DNA from: a virus
Lineage: Duplodnaviria; Caudoviricetes
Reading direction: 5' to 3' (one strand)
Length of the DNA stretch: 43,447 bases
Virus record (IMG/VR): IMGVR_UViG_3300044708_000152
Location: 1-43,447 of that record
Below, one piece after another: positions 15,592 to 25,299 of the stretch (the first letter of the stretch is position 1; each line of letters begins with the position of its first letter). The position numbers were made by a program, and so were the translations under genes. The notes beneath the pieces were generated by a model. The model searched no databases and was not told where the DNA came from. It worked only from the letters and a program-made list of their open reading frames with translations.

Positions 15592-15616
15592 GGGGCCTAT
15601 GAACACCTGATGGGAG

Positions 15617-16810
15617 GTGCCCAGACCGTTGTCTAGTGTAGCCATCGAAGAGTCCCCAGCACCCCGAGCAGTGCCGGTTCGCGGTAGCCGCTGGCTGAGA
15701 AAGAACGGCAAGCATCGCGACGCTGAGATCGAAGTCACCGAATCAAACGGGCTCAGCGTGATGTTCAAAAACGTCGTCGGCGGCGCCCATATGGGCAATC
15801 AGAAGGTTGACCCGAGCAAGGTCTACACGCTGCCCTATGAGACCTTCCTGCGACAGTACGTCGTGGCCGCGGGCGCCGTCGGATCTGGCGGCGGACGTAG
15901 CTTTCGCCAGGTGAACCTGCCAAAGCCGCCCGTGTACGAAGCACCGCCGGCCAATGGCAAGGTGGCCACGGTTGACGAGATCACCTCAGCCATCGAAGAC
16001 GTCTCGCCAGCTCAGGCGCAGGCCTGGCTCAATCGTGGCGGCCACAACCGCCCCACGACGAAAGGGCGCATCTCGCGCTATGCGCGGGTCATGGGTCGGG
16101 GCGAGTGGCGGCTGAATGGTGAGGCCATCAAGTTCGACCGCAATGGGCTGATCATCGACGGCAAGCATCGCCTGCTGGCGTGTGTCGAGTCGGGGGTCAC
16201 CTTCCGCACGCTCGTCATCCGCGGGCTCGAGCCGGAAATCTTCACCGTGCTGGACATCGGCAAGAACCGCACGCCTGGCGACATCATGGGCATCGCCGGC
16301 TACCAGAACCGCGTCGCCGTCGCATCAGCCGCACGCGGGCTCATCTTCATCCAGGCGACCGGGCGGTATGACCCCCCGACGCGCCGAGAGCTCGAGCCGC
16401 TGGTCACCCACGCCGCGCTGCTGCAGTACGTCCAGGAGCATCCTGAAGTTGTCGACGGCGTGCTGCTGGCGAATCACGTACGCACGGGCGGCTTGTCTGG
16501 CGGCTCTGGCCTGCTGGGCACGCTGTTCACGCTGCTGCTGCGCGTCGACCGCGACGCTGCTGCGGACTTCGCCGAAGCGCTCAAGAGCGGTGCTAACCTG
16601 GACGTCGATAGCCCCATTCTGCGCTACCGCAACCGCCTGATCACCGACCAGCGCCTGCCAAGCAACCAGGCGTCGCGCGAACACCTGTTGGCGCTGGGCG
16701 TGAAAGCCTGGAATTTCTGGCGAGCTGGCGAGCAGGTCGGCCAGCTCACCTTCCACGCCGAGCGTACGTCTGGCCGCCGCGGTGGCGAAGCTTTCCCGGT
16801 CGCGGTGTGA
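15617..16810 (+). CDS. ParB/Srx-like (DGxHR) domain protein
   Basis: HNRP...YARVM..GEW.LNGEAIKFD..G.IIDGKHRLLA...D.GK.RT; start codon uncertain. Confidence 0.8.
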   Translation: MPRPLSSVAIEESPAPRAVPVRGSRWLRKNGKHRDAEIEVTESNGLSVMFKNVVGGAHMGNQKVDPSKVYTLPYETFLRQYVVAAGAVGSGGGRSFRQVNLPKPPVYEAPPANGKVATVDEITSAIEDVSPAQAQAWLNRGGHNRPTTKGRISRYARVMGRGEWRLNGEAIKFDRNGLIIDGKHRLLACVESGVTFRTLVIRGLEPEIFTVLDIGKNRTPGDIMGIAGYQNRVAVASAARGLIFIQATGRYDPPTRRELEPLVTHAALLQYVQEHPEVVDGVLLANHVRTGGLSGGSGLLGTLFTLLLRVDRDAAADFAEALKSGANLDVDSPILRYRNRLITDQRLPSNQASREHLLALGVKAWNFWRAGEQVGQLTFHAERTSGRRGGEAFPVAV

Positions 16811-16977
16811 GGGTCTTCGCGCGCGACTGGGTCGACTGTTTCGCTGCCGTGATGCTCAGCCTCACCAGCATGTTCAGCTACGTCCACGAGGCGTACGGCA
16901 CCGCAGTTGTGAGCGCTCTCTGCGCAGGCCTGGTCGGCGGCATGGCCTTCACGCGTTGGGCGATCCGCCGACGATAA
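16807..16977 (+). CDS. Small 2-TM membrane protein (56 aa)
   Basis: GTGA overlap; MRVFARDWVDCFAAVMLSLTSMFSY...GGMAFTRWAIRRR. Confidence 0.6.
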   Translation: MRVFARDWVDCFAAVMLSLTSMFSYVHEAYGTAVVSALCAGLVGGMAFTRWAIRRR

Positions 16978-16991
16978 ACAATGAATCAGCA

Positions 16992-17204
16992 ATGTCGAAG
17001 TCATCCAGAAATCATCCCGAAGTCATCCCGAACTCATCCCCCTATTTCCGTCGGTGCCTGTACCTGTTGCCGCCGCTCGAGGGGCAAACCCGCCGACGCC
17101 CGTGCTATCAACCTTCCACCATTCGCGGGCTGCCGCTCTGCGACTTCCACTGGCGCGTCGTCGAGCGACGGCTCAAACATCGGATCGAAGACGGCATCAG
17201 CTAG
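16992..17204 (+). CDS. Hypothetical protein (C...C...C..H)
   Basis: 70-aa ORF whose N-terminus is made of the tandem repeat. Confidence 0.45.
   Translation: MSKSSRNHPEVIPNSSPYFRRCLYLLPPLEGQTRRRPCYQPSTIRGLPLCDFHWRVVERRLKHRIEDGIS
16997..17040. repeat. 4 x 11-bp tandem repeat GAAnTCATCC(C/A)
   Basis: GAAGTCATCCA GAAATCATCCC GAAGTCATCCC GAACTCATCCC. Confidence 0.9.
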
Positions 17205-17315
17205 GGACATAAACAAACCCCCCACCGTCCGGCAGTGAGGGGCCTGTTCCCGCAATGGCGACGGTCTGGGATACCGAGGAGCCCGTCGCCGCTAGCAGTC
17301 TACCAGGAGCAAGTC

Positions 17316-17522
17316 ATGAGCGAGTACGTGGTTGTGCGGAGGTGGCAAACCCAAAAGCGCGCCTACCAGGTCGCGGTTGGCCCATTTCCGACTCGTCACC
17401 AGGCGCAGCGGAAGATCGAAGAATACATCCGCGAGTGGGGCTACTGGGATAACCGCGACCAATTCAGCGTGGCGTTGTACCGACACCCCGAAGGTTCCGA
17501 ACGTTTGGGGGAGGTAGTTTGA
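17316..17522 (+). CDS. Hypothetical protein (68 aa)
   Basis: AGGAG RBS; YQVAVGPFPTRHQA weakly resembles a SPOR motif. Confidence 0.75.
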   Translation: MSEYVVVRRWQTQKRAYQVAVGPFPTRHQAQRKIEEYIREWGYWDNRDQFSVALYRHPEGSERLGEVV

Positions 17523-17774
17523 ATGGTGCTTAGCGCTACCAAACATGACCTCGTCAAAGGGTGGAACTACGTACGGGGGCGACGCAGTGCGTCGGTATGG
17601 CACGTCGCCGAGAACTTTCCACCAGACAGTTGGTTTCCAAGCAGCATGGCGCTCTGCGGCAAAGAAGGTCCATGGTCAGGCAACACACGAGGGGCCTGGG
17701 CGGTCGGGAAGTTGTGTGGTACATGTCGGCGACGGTTGCCCGAAACAGCGCTTGCTAGAGATAGAGATGGATAA
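17523..17774 (+). CDS. Hypothetical protein (H...C...CxxC)
   Basis: GGAGG RBS; adjacent to the upstream stop. Confidence 0.65.
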   Translation: MVLSATKHDLVKGWNYVRGRRSASVWHVAENFPPDSWFPSSMALCGKEGPWSGNTRGAWAVGKLCGTCRRRLPETALARDRDG

Positions 17775-18108
17775 GTCGACCAAGGACGATTCGGCACTGA
17801 GAGCCGCGCACATGGCACTGACTGAGCGCGCCCGCTCCGCTGAAGATGCCATCGAGCAGACGTGGCGGCCAGAAGTGAAAGCACTCCGCGCCGCACTAAA
17901 CGAGGCCCTGGCGCAGAACGAGCGATTCAACACTCGCTACAGGGACAGTGAGGCCGAGAACGAGCGGCTGCGGGCTCGGATCATTATGCTGCTGCGCTGC
18001 CACTACGACGAGCACGAGCACCATGGGTCACCAACCTGCTTTGATATCCAGTCACCCACAGACGAATGGGAAACTGCGGCGCTGTTCCATGTTAGATGGA
18101 CCGCTTGA
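17767..18108 (+). CDS. Coiled-coil hypothetical protein
   Basis: Overlapping start; EAENERLR heptads. Confidence 0.7.
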   Translation: MDKSTKDDSALRAAHMALTERARSAEDAIEQTWRPEVKALRAALNEALAQNERFNTRYRDSEAENERLRARIIMLLRCHYDEHEHHGSPTCFDIQSPTDEWETAALFHVRWTA

Positions 18109-18123
18109 TAGAGCTAAGTGCCG

Positions 18124-18282
18124 TTAGAGCAAGTACGCCAGCGCGAGCCCTCCGATGAGCAGGCCCGTCTTGAGCTCCATCTGCCCAGTGGCCAGGAACA
18201 CGACGTCGAGCACGAGCACGAGGAGCGCGATGATCGCGCCGATCCACGAGCGAGTGATGGGGTAAGCGGGCAGTCCCTGCAT
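18124..18282 (-). CDS. Holin-like 2-TM protein (52 aa)
   Basis: MQGLPAYPITRSWIGAIIALLVLVLDVVFLATGQMELKTGLLIGGLALAYLL; TAATG overlap; GGGAG RBS. Confidence 0.7.
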   Translation of the reverse strand: MQGLPAYPITRSWIGAIIALLVLVLDVVFLATGQMELKTGLLIGGLALAYLL

Positions 18283-18482
18283 TAGCGGTTTGTCTCCCTT
18301 CCAAAGATAAAGCCGACGGCTGAGCCGATGACCACGAGCGCGGCTTTGGCCGTCTCGTCAGTCGTCGGGCTCACCACGATCCACGTCATCGCCAGAATCA
18401 GCGTGATTGCGATGATCGCCATCGCTATCGTTTTGACCAGCTCGAGCTGACCGTCGCCAGCGGACCCATCGGGCTCTGGCAT
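18282..18482 (-). CDS. Holin-like 2-TM protein
   Basis: Two hydrophobic segments; downstream of the endolysin candidate. Confidence 0.7.
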   Translation of the reverse strand: MPEPDGSAGDGQLELVKTIAMAIIAITLILAMTWIVVSPTTDETAKAALVVIGSAVGFIFGRETNR

Positions 18483-18582
18483 CAGCACCCACAATGCCAC
18501 CGACGAAGCCTGCGAGGGTAGGTAACCCGTGGTTGGTCAGCCAGTCGGCCAGCGCGAGCAGACCGGTGTTCGAGTCGCTCAC
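18358..18582 (-). CDS. Single-TM protein overlapping the holin-like gene
   Basis: Hydrophobic GLPTLAGFVGGIVG, basic RWVRWRR, acidic tail. Confidence 0.5.
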   Translation of the reverse strand: MSDSNTGLLALADWLTNHGLPTLAGFVGGIVGADARARWVRWRRSARAGQNDSDGDHRNHADSGDDVDRGEPDD

Positions 18583-18585
18583 ACA

Positions 18586-19248
18586 TCACACGAGCCAGAC
18601 GACGCTGAACCCACCTAGCGCGGCGAACTGCTCCCGCGACACGTGGTCATACACTCCCTTGTATCCCGGTGCGGAATTCGCCACCCAGATACAGCCACTA
18701 TCCACACCCCGGATTCCAACCCAGTGGTACCACTTGGCGCCTGACATCATGCCCGGCGTCTCGCTGGCGAGCTCGTACGTCGTGTCGAAGTCCAGCCAGC
18801 CCTGGTCGGTGGGCGCGCCGTAATTGTCCAGCACGGCGCGCAGCGCTGAACCGTCAGCGTTGGTCAGTCCGACCTGCGCGTTGATGTTGTGGGTGTAGCC
18901 GATTTCGTAGACGGTGCTTTCGCGGCTGGTGTAAATGTCCGCGGGGACGATCAGTCCCGTCGCACGCTGCAGCCAGTTGAGGCTGCAGGCTGAACAGGTC
19001 CAGTCGTAAAGCTGCCCAGGCTGCGAAGTCCAGGGGTCGAAGAGCGGCTCTTCTTCGGCCCCATCACCGAAAGGGAGGCGATTGACCTTGTTGTCGTACT
19101 CGTAGTACCAGTATTGAGCGTCCCTCGCGAGCGTCAGGCTCACTCGAGACCCTTCATCAAGGATCACGTAGCGCTCGTCTGAGCGAGCCTCGTCACCGTT
19201 GTCGGCAATGGCCTGGGCGACTCCAGGTCCGATGTTGTAGTCCGTCAT
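18586..19248 (-). CDS. Endolysin candidate, peptidase C39-like
   Basis: QLYDWTCSACS...HWVGIRG...VANSA (Q/C-H-N papain-like pattern); located before the TM genes. Confidence 0.7.
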   Translation of the reverse strand: MTDYNIGPGVAQAIADNGDEARSDERYVILDEGSRVSLTLARDAQYWYYEYDNKVNRLPFGDGAEEEPLFDPWTSQPGQLYDWTCSACSLNWLQRATGLIVPADIYTSRESTVYEIGYTHNINAQVGLTNADGSALRAVLDNYGAPTDQGWLDFDTTYELASETPGMMSGAKWYHWVGIRGVDSGCIWVANSAPGYKGVYDHVSREQFAALGGFSVVWLV

Positions 19249-19532
19249 TGGCGTGGTACGAACCTCACTTCTCCCGTGCTCCAGTCAATCTGCGCATCGT
19301 GCTCGCCGGCTGGGATTTGAATGCCGACGTCTTCGCAGGCAGCCTCGAATGCCTGCTGGTAGGCCTGCCGCCGCTGGTTGTGCGCTGCAATCGCGGCCTG
19401 GGCGACTTCCGTTGCGCCCTCCACGCCTGCGCCCATGCGCGACAGGCGGCGGAGTTGGCCGGCCTGGAGGCGTGGGGTCTGCGCGGCGTATTGCGCTTCT
19501 TCGACATGGCCGTTTTCGACAATTGTTTCCAT
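19245..19532 (-). CDS. Hypothetical protein (95 aa)
   Basis: Coupled ORF after the tail fibre. Confidence 0.75.
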   Translation of the reverse strand: METIVENGHVEEAQYAAQTPRLQAGQLRRLSRMGAGVEGATEVAQAAIAAHNQRRQAYQQAFEAACEDVGIQIPAGEHDAQIDWSTGEVRFVPRQ

Positions 19533-20824
19533 CAGATTCCTTTCGCCTGGCAGCGGGCGTCGAGCTGGCGCAAGGCGCCCCAGAGCATCGCGGACATATT
19601 GGCGTAGTTCAGGCCGACCGGATTCCCGCTATCGTCCAGGGTGACGAACTCCGGCGAACTGGCGTACACATCGGGAGCGCTGAAGCCGATCTCCCAGGGC
19701 GTGGGCTGCGGCGTATCCGACGGCGGCATCTCCATCTGATAGGTCTGGACTGGCACGACCGCCCGAACTCGTCCCATGCAATCGTCATCGCTGATCGCCG
19801 TCAGGTTCGCTTTGAGCTTGGGGTCCGACGTCTGATTGAAGGAAATCGCGTACATGCGCAGGCCCGCGTACACATCACCAGGCACGTACAGATAGTTGGC
19901 AATCGCCACTTCGCCGGCGCTCGCGCCTGAGCGCGTGCTCTTGTTGAACACACCGTAGCTGCCGTTGCGCAGGTTGATCGTGATGCCGTTCGGACCGTCG
20001 TCCACGTAGAAGCCGCCGCCGACGGAGCCGCCGCCCGAAATGTTGATGCCGGCTGCCAGGAAGTTCGTGAACCCGAAGGCGCGTAGTTCCGTGCCGTTGA
20101 CGAGCTGGAGGCCCACCGTGCGGTTGGAGTGAAAGTATGCGACGCTGCCGTCCAACTGGATACCGCCATTGGTTTCGATGACACCCACCCCTGCGATGCC
20201 CTGCCACCAGTAGCCGTTCTGGCTGAAGGTGACGGTCGGTGCCGTCAGCGAACCCGTCGAGGAGAGACTGACAACCTGCAGGTTGCTGGTGGGCAGAACA
20301 TAGTTGGTGCCATCGAAGCCGATGTAGTGGGTTGGGTTGCCCAGGAACAGATAACCCATGTTGTTACCGCGATTCGCGGTGAGGTCGCCAGGACTGACAC
20401 TGATCACCGGGCCAGCCGCGACCCATCCACTGCAGTTGACTGACGATGTCACCTGAAGCGTGCCGACCGTCGTCGTGCTGGTCACGGTCAAGCTGCTGTC
20501 GAGCGTGACAGCGCCGGTCGCGTGCAGCGTGCCGAGTGTCGTCGCCCCATCCACATTCAGCGATGGGAAGTGCGCCGCGCCCAGGCTGGTGAGCGTGCCG
20601 TTCGCGGTGAAATTGCCGCCAATGGTCAGATCACCGCTGATGTCCAGACTGCTGAAATTTCCACCCTGATGAGCTCCGTGGTGATTGTGGCCAGTCGCGG
20701 AATTGAACAGGCCGTCGATGATGTTCAGCGACCCGCGCAGTCCGGGGTTGGTGGTCAGGTAGTCAGCGGTGTCATCGTCATCAACGCATAGCGCCAGGTT
20801 CAATTCCGCGGTCAGATCGCTCAT
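19532..20824 (-). CDS. Tail fibre/spike with C-terminal S74 intramolecular chaperone
   Basis: G/T/S-rich beta repeats; SDPKLKANL...IGFSAPDV...GLNYANM...L.GALRQL. Confidence 0.88.
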   Translation of the reverse strand: MSDLTAELNLALCVDDDDTADYLTTNPGLRGSLNIIDGLFNSATGHNHHGAHQGGNFSSLDISGDLTIGGNFTANGTLTSLGAAHFPSLNVDGATTLGTLHATGAVTLDSSLTVTSTTTVGTLQVTSSVNCSGWVAAGPVISVSPGDLTANRGNNMGYLFLGNPTHYIGFDGTNYVLPTSNLQVVSLSSTGSLTAPTVTFSQNGYWWQGIAGVGVIETNGGIQLDGSVAYFHSNRTVGLQLVNGTELRAFGFTNFLAAGINISGGGSVGGGFYVDDGPNGITINLRNGSYGVFNKSTRSGASAGEVAIANYLYVPGDVYAGLRMYAISFNQTSDPKLKANLTAISDDDCMGRVRAVVPVQTYQMEMPPSDTPQPTPWEIGFSAPDVYASSPEFVTLDDSGNPVGLNYANMSAMLWGALRQLDARCQAKGI

Positions 20825-22854
20825 AGTGCCCTCAATGCTGAGACTTTGTAGCCGCGCAGGTCGCCGACCCTGGTGCCGCGCAGTCGGCGGACGATGCCGT
20901 ACACGGTCAGGATGCGGAACTGCGTCGCTGCGATGTCGATACCCCACGACCGTCCGCCGCCGCGCTGAAGCCCGCGCATCGACTCCTGGTACCCGAACAC
21001 GGCGATTTCGTTGATCGTCTCATCCGGCAATTCGATGGCGAGACTGCCTGGATTGGCGGCAAAGTCCAGGAGCTGCTGATGCAGCGAGTCAGAGTTGAGG
21101 CGCTGGACTGCGCCGTCGAGGCGCGACTGGTAGCCATTGGCGTCGATGGTGGCCTGGATGTCGCGCTTGAACGCAGGCACGACACGCTCGTGGTAGGCAA
21201 CCGCCTCGAGCACTGGTGTATCGGCAGTCGACGTATTACTGAGCACCGCCTTGAGCGACAGGGCATTTCCGACCAGGTTGGACGGTGTCTCGATGCGCTG
21301 GCCATTCGAGGTGAACTCGCCCAGATACAGCCAGTTGCCGGTGGGATCTGTCGGCGGAGCGCCGGCGGAGGCCATGATGCGGTAGTACAACTGCACCTCG
21401 TCACCCGGGCGCATCACCGGACCGAAGCAACTGAAGCCAAGCCAGTGCTTCAAATCAGCCTGAAACATGGCGTGATGCAGCGGAAAGATGATCTCGCTCG
21501 GGCCAAGGATGAACTCGGCACCCGAGTCCGCGGCGAGCGGCGTGCGCACCAGTTTGATCCAGTTCCACGTCCCATCCGCGAAGCCGATGTACAGGCGATC
21601 AATGCCGCTCGCGCCTGAGATACCCATCGTCGTGGCGCGGCCGGTCCAGTGCGCCAGAGCGCCGTCGTACTGAGCATCAAAGGCGTACGTGGCGCCTGTG
21701 TCCGCTTCGTGGGGTTCCCAGTTGCCATAGCTCAGCAGATAACTGGTGTTGAGGCCCGCGTTGTAGACCACCAGGTAGGCGCGATAGCCGCCCCAACCGC
21801 AAAAACACTGCGTATCACCCCGAACGGGTGATGCGTTTTCCAGCAGCATGCCGGGCCCAGCGGGATTCAGCTGTTCGCCTGGTACGTCCAGGCGGTAGAA
21901 GGTTGGTCCGACGCGGAACCAGATGGCGCCCAGCCAGGCGGCTGCCGTCCGCCCGTTCTCGGAACTGGGCGGCGCCTTGATGCCCGGGAAGAGATCGTTG
22001 ACCGAGCCATCCGAATTCAAGGTGTAGACCCGGCCATCGTCCTTGAAGATGTGCAGGCTATTGCCACTCTGCCGCAGGGAGGTGATCTTCGTCGCGGGCG
22101 TGCCGATCAGGTACGGACCGCTCCAGTTCCCCGCGACTTTGGGGTCAGAGGTGACTTTGCGAATGACGCTGTTAGTGGGGTCAGCTGCCCAGAGCTCAGA
22201 ACCAACCACCTCCAGAAACTGCGGAGCAAAACCGCTCGGCAAGCTGCAGCCGGTGTAGGTGCCGACCGGCGTCCGTTCGTTAATTGTCCCATTGGCGAAG
22301 GCGATATACATGGAGTACGTCGCGCCACCGAACCCGCCCTGAAAGACGACACAATCGGTGATCTGCACTCCGAAGGCATGGTCCACTGGCTGCAGGTTGC
22401 TGTCGTCCACGCGGCGGTAGACGTTGCCGCCGGCCAGGATGAACTGCACTCCAGATCCACCTGTCGGCAAGTCGATGAACTTGGTGACGTAGCCACCCGC
22501 GGCGGTCTGTGGCGTGATCGGGTGTGTCAGCGGGCCTTTGCCAAACAGGCCGCCGTCAACCTGGATGTCGGAGCCCCAGTAGTAGCGGCGGTCGCCAAAG
22601 CTGGACTGCACGCGCTCGCCGTAGCCCGCCGTAGGGCGCAGCGGGAAGGTGCGCTCACGGTAGACCGGCGCCGAGCCGTACTCCTGCACCGACGGCACGA
22701 CCTGGTCGAGCATCTGCTGTTTTTTGGTCAGCATGATCGTGCCGTCCTGCTGCACGACAAGCATCAACCCCAGGCGATTCAGCGGGTCGCCCAGGATGCT
22801 GCCCAACCGCATGTGATACGGGTAGGGGTGGCGGCGCGATGACTGGAGCGGCAC
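20821..22854 (-). CDS. Podovirus tail nozzle/stabilisation-like protein
   Basis: 677 aa, beta-rich; located in the tail module. Confidence 0.6.
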   Translation of the reverse strand: MPLQSSRRHPYPYHMRLGSILGDPLNRLGLMLVVQQDGTIMLTKKQQMLDQVVPSVQEYGSAPVYRERTFPLRPTAGYGERVQSSFGDRRYYWGSDIQVDGGLFGKGPLTHPITPQTAAGGYVTKFIDLPTGGSGVQFILAGGNVYRRVDDSNLQPVDHAFGVQITDCVVFQGGFGGATYSMYIAFANGTINERTPVGTYTGCSLPSGFAPQFLEVVGSELWAADPTNSVIRKVTSDPKVAGNWSGPYLIGTPATKITSLRQSGNSLHIFKDDGRVYTLNSDGSVNDLFPGIKAPPSSENGRTAAAWLGAIWFRVGPTFYRLDVPGEQLNPAGPGMLLENASPVRGDTQCFCGWGGYRAYLVVYNAGLNTSYLLSYGNWEPHEADTGATYAFDAQYDGALAHWTGRATTMGISGASGIDRLYIGFADGTWNWIKLVRTPLAADSGAEFILGPSEIIFPLHHAMFQADLKHWLGFSCFGPVMRPGDEVQLYYRIMASAGAPPTDPTGNWLYLGEFTSNGQRIETPSNLVGNALSLKAVLSNTSTADTPVLEAVAYHERVVPAFKRDIQATIDANGYQSRLDGAVQRLNSDSLHQQLLDFAANPGSLAIELPDETINEIAVFGYQESMRGLQRGGGRSWGIDIAATQFRILTVYGIVRRLRGTRVGDLRGYKVSALRAL

Positions 22855-22855
22855 G

Positions 22856-23140
22856 TCACCCCATGCCGACGATGCGGTTAATGAAGGTCATGTCGATGGC
22901 ATCCAGGGCGGTGTCCAGATCCGCAATAGCCGACTTGATCAGCGTCTCCTGATCGACGGTGAAGTAGTACGGCGCGGCTTTCAAGTCAGCGCTGGCGAAG
23001 AAGTCGTGGTCCTGATTGATGGTGTTCTTGTTAGCGATGAACCCGCGCAAGTGAGTGCCCACCAGGGCGTTCACCTCGTCGGCGTTGCGCGGCTGCGTGC
23101 CGACGGTTGCGGGCGGAGACGGTTCAACGGGGAGAGTCAT
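22856..23140 (-). CDS. Hypothetical tail-associated protein (94 aa)
   Basis: AAAGGA RBS; ATG at 23140. Confidence 0.75.
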   Translation of the reverse strand: MTLPVEPSPPATVGTQPRNADEVNALVGTHLRGFIANKNTINQDHDFFASADLKAAPYYFTVDQETLIKSAIADLDTALDAIDMTFINRIVGMG

Positions 23141-23157
23141 GCAGTGATCCTTTCGTT

Positions 23158-25299
23158 TCAGATAGCCCTGGCGACAACCATCATGCCCGCGCCGCCATCC
23201 GCTACAAATGTGTACGCCTGACCGTGGGCAATGGAGATGGACGTGGGGCCTGATCCGTCTGGCATGCCAATCACTTGACCATTCGCTGCGGCAATAGTCA
23301 CAGCGGAGCCCGACCAGTTCTTGACGATCACCCACTCGCCGGCGCGACCACCCCCATTCGGCAAGTAGGTTGTGGAACCGGGAGCGTTGATGACGATGAA
23401 TGACGACCAGTGGTCAATCGTCCAGCCGTTGGTGGCGGTGGTGTAGTACAGCTTGAATGAGCCTACAGACAGCTTGCCACTCAACGTTGTGTCACCCGTG
23501 CCATTGATCGCTCCCACGCTCAACCAGGCAATTGGGTTCGCACCAGACGGCGCCGCGTAGAAGCTAATCGTGTCTGGGCCCGCGATGACACCCATCGCGC
23601 TGCTGCCGACATTGAAGCGGTTCCAGTTTGTGCCGTCGTAAAAGGCATTGCCCATCAAGTGCGCGCCGCTCTTACCCGAAACGAACAAGTAGCCATCGGT
23701 GCTCTCAAGGCTCAATCCGGCAGGGTTGTTGACTGGAGTGCGGATGCGCTCACTGCCGCCGCTGTTGATCCAGAGTGGGCCAGTGATGTACACGACGCCG
23801 TCGTCGCGTGTGTAGAACAGGTTGGTGGTGAGAGCAGAGTTGAGGTACTGGAAGCCGTAAGTGGTGCCGGCGGACCCAAGCGCCTTACTGGTCACCAGCA
23901 CTGTGGCGGTAGGTGGTGTGTTCACGCCGACGGTGCCTGCCACGCTCAAGTTGCGGCCCAGGAACAGGTCGCGCGGCCTGGTTGCGCCGCTCGCGCCGAT
24001 GTCCAAAGTGTTGTCGGTGACCGCCACGAAATGCCCGGCGGTTGTCACTTGCCAGCGGTCCACGTTGTTGGAAAACAGCGTCAGGGTGGTCGCGGAGTAT
24101 GTCCCGACACGTAGATTCCCTGCACCGCCGCCGATGTTGTATGAATCGATGGTGAGTGACGGCCCGACCAGCACCGACATCGCCACGTACACGCTGCGAG
24201 GTCGGCTCGCGCCACTCAGCCCGATGTCGTAGGTGGCGTCAGCAGTCGCGATGAAGTGACCCTGGTTATTGATTTGCCACTGCCAATTGCCCGCTGCACC
24301 AAGGTTCAGCGTGGCTGGGCCGACGATACTGGGCGTGACGATACCGTTCGTTCCGACGGTCAACTGATTGGCGATGAACGCGTTGCGTGGACGGTTCGCG
24401 CCGCTGGCGCCAATGTCATAGAGGTTGTCCGCAAACGCGGTCAGGTGTCCGGTGGTGCCGATATTCCAGCGGCTGGTGCCCGCCGTAGCCAGGTTCAGCC
24501 CCGACGTGCCACTCAAAGAGAAGGTCGAACTGCCCAGGAGCAGCGAGCCGTTGAGCGTGGCGATTTGCGCGCCGGTCCCGACAACAGCACTGGTAGCCAG
24601 ATACGCCGTGCGCGGGCGCGTAGCCCCGCTCAGGCCAATGTCGTAGGCGTTGTCGGAGACTGCGGTGAAGTTGCCCGCACTATCAATCGTCCAGCGGTTG
24701 CTTCCACCAGCACCTAACCGCAGCGGCTGCCCGGAACCTGCGCGGATCGTTAGGTCGTACGCCGCCGCAATCGTGTCAGGCAGCACGTTGAGTTCGCCAC
24801 TCCCGCCGATGCGGATATTGGAGTAGACGTAGACCTGGTACGGACGGAAGTCGCTCGTAGAGCCGATGTTCCAACTTGCATCGGGGCTGAAGGTCAGGTC
24901 TTGCGTCAAGGGCAACTGGATGCCGGCCCCGCTCGGCGTGCCCCAGGCGTAGTCATAGTCCGCGTTGGACGCCTTGATCAGGTACTGATTGGTGAGGCCA
25001 CCGGTGGGAATACCGGCGCCCATCGGCCCTGTTGGACCCATGGGACCAGGTACACCCTGGGGACCGGGCGAGCCATTGATGCCAGCTGGCCCTTGAGGCC
25101 CGGTCGCGCCTGTCGCGCCGGCGGGACCCATCGGACCAGCGATGCCTGGTTGCCCATCGATGCCGGCTGGGCCCATCGGCCCAATCGGACCCGCTGGCCC
25201 CGGCGGCCCCGGCGGGCCCTGTGCCCAGGTGGGTGGTAGCGGCTCCCCACCGACCGGGTTCCAGTTGACGCGCGGCTCAGTATTGACGACGTCGGTCAT
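23158..25299 (-). CDS. Tail fibre with collagen-like Gly-X-Y region and five DN.YDIG.SGA.RPR repeats
   Basis: About 22 GXY triplets near the N-terminus; internal repeats visible in the translation. Confidence 0.85.
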   Translation of the reverse strand: MTDVVNTEPRVNWNPVGGEPLPPTWAQGPPGPPGPAGPIGPMGPAGIDGQPGIAGPMGPAGATGATGPQGPAGINGSPGPQGVPGPMGPTGPMGAGIPTGGLTNQYLIKASNADYDYAWGTPSGAGIQLPLTQDLTFSPDASWNIGSTSDFRPYQVYVYSNIRIGGSGELNVLPDTIAAAYDLTIRAGSGQPLRLGAGGSNRWTIDSAGNFTAVSDNAYDIGLSGATRPRTAYLATSAVVGTGAQIATLNGSLLLGSSTFSLSGTSGLNLATAGTSRWNIGTTGHLTAFADNLYDIGASGANRPRNAFIANQLTVGTNGIVTPSIVGPATLNLGAAGNWQWQINNQGHFIATADATYDIGLSGASRPRSVYVAMSVLVGPSLTIDSYNIGGGAGNLRVGTYSATTLTLFSNNVDRWQVTTAGHFVAVTDNTLDIGASGATRPRDLFLGRNLSVAGTVGVNTPPTATVLVTSKALGSAGTTYGFQYLNSALTTNLFYTRDDGVVYITGPLWINSGGSERIRTPVNNPAGLSLESTDGYLFVSGKSGAHLMGNAFYDGTNWNRFNVGSSAMGVIAGPDTISFYAAPSGANPIAWLSVGAINGTGDTTLSGKLSVGSFKLYYTTATNGWTIDHWSSFIVINAPGSTTYLPNGGGRAGEWVIVKNWSGSAVTIAAANGQVIGMPDGSGPTSISIAHGQAYTFVADGGAGMMVVARAI

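Noticed and set aside
23131-23140. GGAGAGTCAT resembling the early RBS motif
   Set aside because: It is on the non-coding strand of a - strand gene start (ATG ACT CTC CCC); probably coincidental
19532-25299. Diversity-generating retroelement acting on the tail fibres
   Set aside because: No reverse transcriptase and no TR/VR pair seen; the repeats are protein-level and diverged
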